Positions 45,185-56,379 of a stretch of 64,000 bases of DNA are shown here, one piece after another. The notes beneath the pieces are model-generated. The model saw only the letters and a program-made list of their open reading frames with translations, was not told where the DNA came from and searched no databases. The stretch's first letter is position 1. Each line of letters starts with the position of its first letter. This DNA is from Eledone cirrhosa. Taxonomy: Eukaryota. The position numbers and the translations under genes are program-made. The stretch is taken from the NCBI GenBank assembly GCA_964016885.1, contig OZ024750.1:7874001-7938000 (forward strand), written 5' to 3'.

Positions 45185-45600
45185 TAGGAGGGGACATTTC
45201 CTCAAGTACCAAGTAACTCTATTAGTGGTAGGTCATTTGTAGAGGCTAAGATCTTTGATACTTACATCCTACCAGTTGTGTTATATCGTCTTGATTGTGT
45301 TAATTGGACGACAAGGTCACTTCAGAACCACATCATGAGACTTATGACTGGCAAGCCGCTCAGCGACCGTATCTGTATCAGTGAGCTGCTCAACATTACC
45401 AAACGTAGACTAATTACATCAATTGTCAAGTCAAGTGTACTCAAACAAGAGAAGCAGAGGCCAGCAGCCAAAACGATGGCTAGAGAACCTCAACCTATGG
45501 ACTGAACTTGATCTTTGCTCTTTTAACTCTGCTGTTGGAGATCGAACTTTGTGGAGAGAGATATCACATATTAATGCGCAGTCTGAAACTGGCGGAGTTT
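45185..45600 (+). mobile_element. RTE-clade LINE 3' fragment with internal deletion
   Basis: KIFDTYILPVVLYRLDC..QNHIMRL..KRSRGQQPKRWLENL..GDRTLWR; same family as 18665-19000. Confidence 0.85.
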
Positions 45601-46014
45601 GGTGTCACAAGAAGAAAAAGACTTGTAGAGGACAATTCCACATGATCCAACATAATAATTACAAATGTCGAGTAAAGAGAGGCATATGTTACCATATGGA
45701 AGAATAAATTAACATCTACCCGTTACTGGATACTGTAATTCCCAAACCACTGACTGCTTCCGATTTTAGGATTCGTACATTCTTTCGGGCAAAAATCCAA
45801 GAATATTTTATTGCACACCATCAAAGAGAGAAAACGAAAATAGTCTGCATATTTAATTCAAAAGAGTAGTTTTAAAATTTTATTAATAGAAAACAAAATG
45901 GATAAGAAGTGAGGAAGGGAACAAACATGAAAAAACATTGAATGTATAAAACTAAGAGAAAAAACATCAAAATAATCAACCATGGTATTAAACTGATTGA
46001 GGGTAAATCATAGA

Positions 46015-46225
46015 TGTTGTTGTTGGTGCTGCTGTGATTGTTGTTGTTGTTGTTGTTGTTGTTTCTGCTGTTGTTGTTGTTGCTGTTTCTGCTGTAGTTG
46101 TTGTTGTTTCTGCTACTGTAGTTGTTGTTGCTGTTTCTGCTGCTGTTGCTGCTGTTGTTGTTTCTGCTATTGTTGTGTTCACTGTTGCTGTTGTTTTTGT
46201 TTCTGTTGATGTTGTTGTGGCTGCT
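46015..46225. repeat. (GTT/GCT)n tract
   Basis: Direct inspection. Confidence 0.9.
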
Positions 46226-46549
46226 GAGGATGACCATAATGATGGTAATGAAAGTATTTCGTTTACGTCTTCATTTCCATAGCATAAAAGGCGTCACTTT
46301 GTTGAGTTGAAATTCATATCAGTTCTCTGTGCCCACTCTCATTGTACATATGGAATAGCCAACTGTACGAGTGTTTAGCAGAAGTCTTCTTCTTACGTGA
46401 TATATCGCTTGCAACATAATTTAGCTTCAAGCGGTTGGTGCTTAGTTTTTCAAAACGTTTGAACGCCAGGTCAATAGTTATATGTAATTATTCTAAAATA
46501 TTAAGATATCTCGATTTATGCCTTAACATTCATTAATAAACTTTTCGTA

Positions 46550-47105
46550 AAGTTAACCTGGGAGACATTTGAACTCAGATCATAAAGGGCCGTAACTCTA
46601 TGATGCAAAGCATGTTGTCCGATGCCCTACCGATACTGCCCATCCGCTGCCCTTCAATGTCTAAATAATGATTTCTCCTATAGGCACAAGGCCAGTAATT
46701 TGGGGGTAGGGGAAAGTCGATTAAATCGACCCCAGTATACTGGTACTTTATTTTATCGTCCCGTAAGGATGAAAGGCAAAATTAACCTCGGCGGGATTTG
46801 AACCCAGACAGTAAAGGGCCGTAATTCTATGCTACAAAGCATGTTGTCCAATGTCCTACCGATACTGCCAATCCGCTGCCCTACAAGGTCTAAATAATTG
46901 TTTCTACTTTAGGCACAAGGCCAGCAATTACCCAGTACATTACTGGTACTTTATTTTATCGACCCCGTAAGGATGAAAGGCAAAGTTAACTTCGGCGGGA
47001 TTTGAACTCAGATCATAAAGGACCGTAACTCTTTTCTACAAATCATGGCGTCCGACCCTCAACTTTGAACAATGGTTTGGCAGTATCAACCGATACTGCC
47101 AAACC
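46550..47105 (-). mobile_element. Three stacked MetaSINE-like copies
   Basis: Copies at 46550-46651, 46666-46880 and 46895-47105, separated by a recurring GTCTAAATAAT spacer. Confidence 0.88.
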
Positions 47106-49489
47106 ATTGTTCAAAGGTTTGTCTAAAAATTCTTAAATGAACGACTGCTGAAATACCATCTCGTTCTTTAGATGTGGTATCGTTAAAAAATGTTTAGAAT
47201 CTACCACAATCTTTACAGTTATAGAAAGTTATGTGGATGAGTGAATTTTGAGATAATAGTATCACCACAAAATTAACATCTGCAAGTTTAATTGATTGAG
47301 GAAACGTTATATTTTAAGATAACATCTGAATTTCATTCTCAGCGGATATTATTTATGTAAGTATTTCTTCTTTATTTGTTTGGATTTTAATCTGAAACGT
47401 TTCTGAGAAGTGCTATTTTAAAACGGATTCAGTAATTCTAGCATTGAAAATTTGTTCTCTTAAATATTAAGAAATGTTTTCCAATGTGTCTCGAGTAACA
47501 AGGGTGCAATTGATTTGAGCTTAGTTTTTGTTGATTAGAACTTTGAGGGAGGATTTTTTCTTCTACATAATATATATTATTGAGTTTCGATGCACTTTTT
47601 AAAAGCATTGTGTCAATATAATAATTCCAAATGATTGAAAGGCCCAATAAATCGTATAAGTATTAAATGTTTCAGTCTAAAATACTTTTTCAGTGGATAT
47701 AAGACATGTATTTTCACGCCAGTAAATCTTTGGCGTTGGTTAATGGTCGATCGAAGTTCGAAAAGGATTATTCTTTAGTTGAAGTTATCGTAAAAGCTGT
47801 TAGGGTATATTTTATTAACGTATATTTACTGATGAGAGTCTTTTAGGCAAAAGTATGCATTCTAATCCTTGGAAATTATCATACAGTGTGCGTATATCTG
47901 CTCCCCTCCCCTCTTTATAATATTCTGAAAGATAACTGAGGGGGTTATTTTTACCTTCATATAGGAGAGTTCTTATGTTAACATGTTTGGCACAGACGAG
48001 AACATCCATAAAAATGTGATTTTGGGCCTCTAAAATCATGGAAAATATTTAATACCAGATATAGACGAGAATATATTTACAATGCAAAGTCACTGAACAT
48101 TCTAGCGAACATTTAACTAAAAAATTAAATAACATGTTGGGTTCTTCCTCGATTCACTCGATTCGAAAATTGCTGCTTGGTCTTCACTGATTGTGTGGAA
48201 CCTCGGTATACAAACCACGAAGAGAAATCTCTATGATATGTCAGAAATATTAACCACATCTTCAAATTCCCTACTACTGACATTAAAAAGGAGCAGTACA
48301 TATGGCTAGGTAGTCCAATATAAACTACAAACCGTAGAATTGATCATTGGTCTGTTGAATCAGATCTCAGTCGTAACTAAACAACAAACATTTCAGGATA
48401 ACTGTAGCCGACTATACAAGGAATTTAACCGGAACCTAAATTATCTGACGTGAACGGTACACCTGATATATTTATTCTGGCATCGAGTAAACATAAGTTT
48501 GGTAAGTAAGTGATATTTCCATATTCACATTTCACCAATGTGAATAATTCGAAGAACACAAGAAAATTACGAGAAATATTCGTTACATTGTTGCATGCTA
48601 TGATATATATGTTATAGAATTTCATTTTACTGTCAGAAAAGCTTTTGCTGAGAATTCTATTCAGACAATTACATAAAGGTAAAGAAACACACAAGAACGC
48701 ACACATACGCTCAAATATATGAACATATATGAACACACAACAGACACACACATGCGCCAAGATACTCATATACATTTACACACACACACACTTGCAGATA
48801 TACTTACGTACACTTACACACACACACACCCGCGCGCCCGCAGATATATTCACAAACACTTACCTACACACACGCACACACATATATTCATATACACACA
48901 CACACAGACATATTTACACAGACACACACGCACACTGATATATACACTTACACACACACACACACTCTCACATACTTACACAGACACACACGCACGCTGA
49001 TATACTCTCTCTCACACACACACACATATATATATACGTCCGTAGATATATATACGTTTTCTGTAGATAAGTATCGGGCACTTCACAATTTTAGAAGGTA
49101 AAAGCTATAAAATATACATTCCATAAATACAGAAACACAAATAATATAGATATAGAATGCATTGCATATCACGCAGTATAGTATATGAGTTAATTACGTG
49201 TAATAATATATATTTTTCATTGCTTAAAACAATGTAGAGTTTCATAGATCACAGAGAGTTCTGCCAAGAAAGCAATCGCGATTTTTAACTAGATGGCAGC
49301 ACAGTTAAATTTGAATCCATCAAAATTATCTTTCCTTTCTTAGCTAGAGTGTTCTGTTCAGGTAAAAAAAAAAAAAAAAAAAAAAAGGTCAGGTATCATT
49401 GAGGTAAAACTTTACGGAGATACTTTGAATAAAATGTGTGTTGAATCTTCGTCAGATACGACGGTGAGTGTTCTATTTTTTTCACTAAT

Positions 49490-49860
49490 GGAACACTCAG
49501 TCCATGAAATTAACATGTAAGTAACTGAGCATCCCACAGTCCATAACATAATTCTCAGCATAATTCAGTTTGGGACAAGGATGGCCCTTTAAATTATAGA
49601 GGTACAGAGGAACACTTAGCCCACGAAATTAACATGTAAGTGACTGAGCATCCAACAGTCCATAACGTAATTCTCAGGATAATTGAGTTTGAGACAAGGA
49701 TGGCCCTTTAAATTATAGAGGTACAGCTCATTTGTTCCATCGGAGTGGACTGGAGCAACCTGAAATATATGATAGGGTTTGCTCAGGAACATAATGCACC
49801 ACCGGAAATCGAACTCGTACACTTACGATCGAGAGTCAAACACTCTAACTGCTAAAACTG
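49490..49860 (-). mobile_element. CORE-type tRNA-derived SINE with ~119 bp tandem duplication of its 3' part
   Basis: B-box-like GAGTTCGATTTCC and CORE-like TGTTCCTGAGCAA; unit GAAATTAACATGTAAG..GAGGTACAG occurs twice. Confidence 0.7.
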
Positions 49861-50724
49861 CAAACACTCCGATGAACATGAGAAGACAAGGTGATCTTCG
49901 TTGTAAAACCTTGGATCATAGATAAAGCTGAGCAGGGGGGGGGGGGCTAAACAAAAACAATAATACAATCAACACTGACACCCCCACCAAACCAAACAAA
50001 AAGCAACAAAAACCCCCAAAACAATAACCAAAAAACAATTGATTGTCTATTATGTCAGTCAATACCTGGTGAGTATCATTTCGTTGTGTAGATTTTAGAT
50101 TTGGCAATAACTGAAAAGGAAAGGTTATTTTTGAGCCAAACGTCTATAAATTTAATTAAAATCATATGGTTGGTGGTGCGTTACGGTACACCCACACACC
50201 CCCAACACACACCTATACACACATACACATACACACACATATATACACAGATACATACACATACATACAAACATACCTATATATCATATATATTAGGTCG
50301 TCAAGTATGAAATTTGTAGAGATTTTTTTTTTTCTACAAATTTCTACAAATACATACTTGACGCCCTACTATATACATGTATGTATGTATATTTATAATC
50401 ATATATTACATACATATATACACACTCACACTTATATACACACACACACATGTATACATTGTCTGGTGATTCTATGAGTAAACAAGTAAAACTCCTGAAT
50501 AACAATATTCATCACTTAGGCATAATAAAAAAAAACATATTTAATCACTACTTCGGAATTGAATACGCATTCACACCTCCGTCACCATCATATATATATA
50601 TATGTTTTATTTGATCGACCCCGTAAGGATGAAAGGCAAAGTTAACCTCAAGAGGATTTGAACTCAGAACGCAAAGAGCCATAACTCTATGCTGAGGTGT
50701 CAAACTATCATAATTACGTTTATT

Positions 50725-50814
50725 CAAGTGTGACGCGCGTTTCGCAATTTGTCAGTTGAAGGTACGACTGCATCGATCGGGCCCGACCCTGGAATCAATC
50801 GCTAATTAGGCTTG
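50725..50814 (-). ncRNA. Family D hammerhead (core decayed to CTAATTA)
   Basis: GCGATT..AATTGC stem II enclosing ~48 nt, and GAAAC-GCGC-GTC palindromic stem III; paralogue at 56124. Confidence 0.6.
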
Positions 50815-50839
50815 TGGTTTCCTTAATGACGGGAGATAT

Positions 50840-50875
<36 letters not shown>

Positions 50876-50918
50876 ATAAAAAATGTGAAGACTAAAATCG
50901 GATGAGGGCTCGATAAGG

Positions 50919-50954
<36 letters not shown>

Positions 50955-50972
50955 TAAAACCAGTAGAGCAAA

Positions 50973-51089
50973 TATTTATCAAAATAACAGATTAAAGTTT
51001 AAGCAAAGAATCGCTACTTACACCCTTAACGGGATTTTCTTAAGGATGGAAACAGCGATTCTTTGCTTAAACTTTAATCTGTTATTTTA

Positions 51090-51092
<3 letters not shown>
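50973..51092. mobile_element. Family C insert as a fold-back inverted pair
   Basis: AAAATAACAGATTAAAGTTTAAGCAAAGAATCGCT / AGCGATTCTTTGCTTAAACTTTAATCTGTTATTTT form 35 bp perfect arms. Confidence 0.75.
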
Positions 51093-51153
<61 letters not shown>

Positions 51154-52218
51154 GAGTGGAAATACCTGCTGATAAAGGAGGCGTTACATAGAGCTCATAG
51201 ATAGAAAAGAAATCCTTTGGGAAATATAAGGAAACAAAACATTGAGCAAAGCAAAAGTTTAGCTAAATTTGAAATTGAGAAATATTATTCATAACCAAAA
51301 TGATATATTTTTGATACTTATGTACATAAGGAAAGAAATCAATATTCAAACTTTATATTGATTATCTACCTCCGTTACATAATTTTATTTTTAGTGTATA
51401 TGTATTTGAAGAATAGTACTTAAATTGTTTATATATAATTAGAATCCACTATTCAACGTTTTGTTCATAAATGAATACAATAGCATCAAAATATTTTCAT
51501 AACTACAATGTACCGTATTTCTATTGATGTATCGATATAAATATACTTGAACTAAAGATGAGAAGATATGATTATTAACTACTCTAGAGTACTGGATGTT
51601 AATAGAAGAGTGACAATTTACTTTACTCTAAAATAATGAAAGTACCAGTAATACACTGGGTAATTGCTGGCCTTGTGCTAAAAGTAGAAACAATTATATC
51701 TTTCCCTATAATGGATTTAAACAAATATTCAACGATCTCAGAGTCGTGTATCCTTTGTTAGTAATAATGCTTTAAATTCGTGTAATATTTGTATGAAATC
51801 AATTCATAAAACTTTAACACATTTTCCTTGAAAGTGATAAGTCTTTCACTTCGAGATGGAATTCCATGAAGTCCTTTCGGGACTCGGCTGTTAGCAAAAG
51901 AAAAATAGACTACATGTGCTTATAACACTATTATTGAATGGAAAATAAACATTCATATTTGAAGGTGTTGCTGGCGAATATATTCTTAAATTTCCCAATG
52001 CAAGAGAGATGGTTTAAGGTCAATGGTATCCTAAATGCATTTATTACCTAGAAACAAATTTACAATGATTAAATGACAGTTTTATCATTAACTATTACAA
52101 GATACGAAATAAATACCGCAATCAATTTTCTTGTGAAAAAGTAGTTCTTATGAAGTCATGTTAAAGTTAATTTTCTTTAGGTATTACACTAGTAAACAAG
52201 CAAACAAACTATATATGT

Positions 52219-52282
<64 letters not shown>

Positions 52283-52283
<1 letters not shown>

Positions 52284-52563
52284 GGAAAAATTTGAACAGG
52301 GACAAAACAGAGAGGCAGTACAACGAATGTTTATTAATTTCACGCTCTATATATCCCTCCACCCTGATCCAAGCTGTTCTCACCCGTGCCTGTGAAACCG
52401 CCCGTACCACAGCCATGTCACCTCACCAGCGCCCTTCCACCACCCGCCTTCCTTTCCCTCTCACCTACCACCCCATCACCCTACCTCTCCGGTGACATAT
52501 TCTTCGTTCTTTCCGCACCCTGTCCTCTCTTCTGACCCCGTCACTTCTCGCTTTTTTCCTAAC
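52283..52563 (+). pseudogene. Penelope-like element (Neptune-type) RT-thumb/linker fragment joined to an inverted family E tail
   Basis: YPSTLIQAVLTRA..TTRLPFPLTYHPITLPLR*HILRSFRTL..SDPVTSRFFP. The reverse complement of 52283-52345 resembles the tail at 63640-63692. Confidence 0.8.
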
Positions 52564-52605
52564 ACGCACACTCGGCGTTAGTTCCACAAATTGGAAACCC
52601 AAAAT

Positions 52606-52643
52606 AGGGGACACGTGTTTCACCGCGCGGGATTTTCAACCCT
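52606..52643 (-). ncRNA. Minimal hammerhead, decayed core
   Basis: AGGG-TTGAAAA-TCCCGCGCGGT-GAAAC-ACGT-GTC-CCCT, with palindromic ACACGTGT. Flanking inverted repeat GTTAGTTCCACA / TGTGGAACTAAC. Confidence 0.6.
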
Positions 52644-52766
52644 CAAATACAGTTTGCTAATTAGATGTGGAACTAACTTTATATCGAGCTCGTCCTTTGG
52701 ACTGAGTGCTTTACCAAACTCGGATATAACCTCCTGGTTTTGTACCACTATATATAATATATATAT

Positions 52767-52919
52767 AGGAAAGGTGTCAGGACCCCGACGGGTGAGCTCC
52801 GGCCGTTTCGTCAGCTAGGTCTGACACCTTTCCTATTACACACTCTACTACCCAGTATCGAATACTTTCGTACGTTATGGTCCACCTGCTTACTTACCAC
52901 ACTTCCTTTGTTTTATTTG

Positions 52920-52920
<1 letters not shown>
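52767..52920 (+). mobile_element. Family B insert with an inverted hammerhead half
   Basis: AGGAAAGGTGTCAG / CTGACACCTTTCCT arms; minus strand reads GACGAAACGGC..CCGTCGGGGTC. Confidence 0.72.
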
Positions 52921-52968
<48 letters not shown>

Positions 52969-53369
52969 TAGATATATAGATAGATAGATATACGTAAAAG
53001 AAGACGAATTGTACGGTGATTAGACATGGCAATCGTTGATAGGGGCAAATATATTTCGGCTGCCGAAATGGATGTACACAGTATTAGATATTTGCATCCT
53101 ATATATATATAGCAAGTGTTAAAATTGAAATCCTTCTCGAAATTTCAAAACAATATATATTTTTATTTCATCGCCTAAAATTCTTTTCGAAATGTTTATA
53201 TCATTTGATATTAAACGAGTTTCTTCCCTTGCATGCTTTTCTCATTATGAACACAACTTAGTATCTTCTTGTTTTGAAATCCTGATGATACATACATACA
53301 TACACAGGAATGTGTATTGATGTAGGCTTACTCTGGTAGAGCTGATGAGAATAAAGCACGTGCATAGTG

Positions 53370-53404
<35 letters not shown>

Positions 53405-53509
53405 CATATACAATATAATATATAATAACTGTTTCTACTTTTGGCACAAGATATAATAACGAGTAGGAACTGTGTGTCAAAGTATCATTAATTATGTATG
53501 TATAATATG

Positions 53510-53780
53510 TAAAGTACCAGTAATGCACTGGGTAATTGCTGGCCTTGTGCCTAAAGTAGAAACAATTAATTATGTATGTGTAATTATGTATGGGGCGGTG
53601 GATTGGCAGTATCGGTAGAGGGTCGGACGCCATGCTTTCCAGTATAGTTACGTCCCTTTACGGTCTGAGTTCAAATCCCGTCGAGGTTAACTTTGCCTTT
53701 CATCCTTACGGGGTCGATAAAATAAAGTACCAGTAATGCACTGGGTAATTGCTGGCCTTGTGCCAAATGTAGAAACAATT
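53510..53780 (+). mobile_element. MetaSINE-like SINE (53593-53780) preceded by a duplicated 3' fragment
   Basis: Near-consensus copy; AATTATGTATG flanks each piece. Confidence 0.9.
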
Positions 53781-54142
53781 AATTATGTATGTATAAATGT
53801 TTATAGAATATAGAAATCATACAATACAACAGCTGCAGGAACATGATGCCTGGCGTTCTCGTACCAGTAATTGATTCGAGCTGGTTATCATGCTTGGAAG
53901 GTTGGTGTATGTACTTAGAATGACATGATTTATATTTACTTTATACTTCGGGTGGTAGTTGCCCGGTAGGGGGGTGGGGGGTGAGGGAAGGTTAATGGAT
54001 TACAGTTCCTGGATAACATTAGTTAGGTCAGGACTTGTTGGTTTAAGGCAATTGACGGCGGTCATAGTTATATACATCTCTCTCTCTCTCTCTCTTTAAT
54101 ATATTATATATATATATATGTGTCTATGTGTGTATATAAATA

Positions 54143-54323
54143 TAATTGTTCTACTTTTGGCACAAGGCCAGCAATTACCTAGTGCATGACTGGTACTTTA
54201 TTTTATCGACCCCCGTAAGGATGAAAAGCAAAGTTAACCCCGGCGGGATCTGACCTCAGAACGTAAAGGGACATAACTCTATGCTGTAAAGCACGGCGTC
54301 TGACGATCTACCGATACTGCCAA
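54143..54323 (-). mobile_element. MetaSINE-like SINE
   Basis: Core, B-box-like and A-box-like segments present. Confidence 0.87.
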
Positions 54324-54577
54324 TGTATGCATGTATAAAGAATTATTCTTCAGCGGTTTGTATATACGTGTATATATATATATGTGTGTGTGTGTATGTG
54401 TGTGTGTGTGTGTGTATGTATATATATATGCATATTTCTACATATATATATATGGATACATACATTAACACATGTGTGCACACACACACGGATGCACATT
54501 CGAACAGTATACACACACAGGTCTATCTACTTATTCTATAGTAGTCAAGAGAAGACATTACTAATGGTTGTATACTG

Positions 54578-55070
54578 CAGCAACAACAACAAAAATAACA
54601 CCCTCACCGCCACCTACAATAACACTAACACCGCCATCAACAGCAGCATAGCACCACAACAACCAACAGCAGCAAAACACCACCACCGCCACCAACACCG
54701 CCATCATAACAATACCAAAAGCCAACCACCTCCATCATCACCACCAACAACACTGACATCAACACCATATACACCATCACCAACAACAACATCGCCACCG
54801 CCACCACCACCAACAACAACAACACCACCACCACCAACATCAACACCACTATCAACAACACAACCAACAACAACACAACCAACAACAACACAACCAACAA
54901 CAACAACAGCACCACCATCAACAACAACAACACCACCACCACCAACAACACCACCAACAACAACACAACCAACAACAACACCACCAACAACAACCACAAC
55001 ACCCCCAACAACACCAACAACATCGCCATCACAACAATATCTAAAATGCAACCAGCGCCACCACCTCTAG
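54578..55070. repeat. (CAA/CCA)n low-complexity tract
   Basis: Direct inspection; its Pro/Thr-rich translation has no independent support. Confidence 0.9.
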
Positions 55071-55354
55071 TACCATCTTCCGAAGAAACTATCAACTAGT
55101 ACTACTACTTACATAGAAACATATATATCATCTATTCTATAGGAGTATTATATATATTATTTCAACTATATTACATTAAATATTCATTCTATATCACTTT
55201 ACTATTATATGTAATTTATATTATTTTATATTTCTTATATGACTCTGTGGTTCTACTGTAGTTGCAGTCCATTGGTTATATTGTAAAATATATAGCAGCA
55301 GTATTCACTCATCATATGACATCATCAGTTGGTGATGAATACGAAATAGTCTGC

Positions 55355-55690
55355 TTTCTTTTTCTTCTTCTTCTGCTGCTGCTGCTGCTTCTTCTGCTGC
55401 TGCTGCTTCTTCTTCTTCTTCTTCTTCTTCTTCTTCTTCTTCTTCTTCTTCTTCTTCTTCTTCTTCTTCTTCTTCTTTTTCTTCTTCTTCTTCTTTTTCT
55501 TCCTTTTTTCTTTTTCTTTTCTATTTTCTTTTCTTATTTTTTCTTCTTTCCTCTTTTTTCTTCTTCTTTTCTTCTTTTTTCTTTCTGTTTTCTTTTTCTT
55601 CATTTTCTTCTTTTTCTTTCTCCCTTTTCCTTTCTTCTTCTTCTTCTTCATATTTTTTTCTTTTTACTTTTTCTTCTTTTTCCTCTATTT
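55355..55690. repeat. (CTG)(CTT)n tract and pyrimidine-rich tail
   Basis: Direct inspection. Confidence 0.92.
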
Positions 55691-55844
55691 TCTCTATCTA
55701 AACGATCACCAACATAAAGTGGCTTGTTTAACTTTTGTTTCCTCTGTAAATAAATCAACTTTCATTCTTTTCCCGCTCTCTCAGTCTGTCTTTTTTACTT
55801 TATTACCATATCTACCTGTATCTGCACACACACACACACACACA

Positions 55845-55903
<59 letters not shown>

Positions 55904-56123
55904 GTGTATATATGCACATATATACGTATGTGTGTAGTTATATGCATATATATTAACAGTAATAATAATAATTGTTTCTACTTTTGGTACAAGGCCAGCA
56001 ATTACCCAGTGCATTACTGGTACTATATTTTATCGACCCCGTAAGGATGAACGGCAAAGTTATAATAATAATAATAATAAGGAGCAAGAACAAATATCAA
56101 TAAAATATCATCCATTTCTTTAT

Positions 56124-56216
56124 TCACACGAGACCCGCGTTTCGTGATGGATCAGCTCAAGGTACGATAGTTACTGATCGGATCTGACTCTGGAATCGAT
56201 AACTCCTCAGATTTGA
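56124..56216 (-). ncRNA. Family D hammerhead with intact core
   Basis: CTGAGGA-GTTAT..ATCAC-GAAAC-GCGG-GTC; long stem II insert shared with 50725; stem I poorly paired. Confidence 0.55.
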
Positions 56217-56379
56217 GGACTTGTCGTTATCGACCGCTGCAATAAGTATGAATCTGAGAGGGAAATATGTTAAATAAAATCATAATTAATTAATCCACCT
56301 AAAGTTTCTTTTACCCAAAGCCAGGGACCTTTCAGTACCTGCACGTATATAGGTAGGTATGTGTGTGATGTATGTAAGA

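Noticed and set aside
54384-55070. Pro/Thr-rich mucin-like ORF
   Set aside because: Starts in (TG)n and consists of CAA/CCA repeats. An exon cannot be strictly excluded, but nothing supports one.
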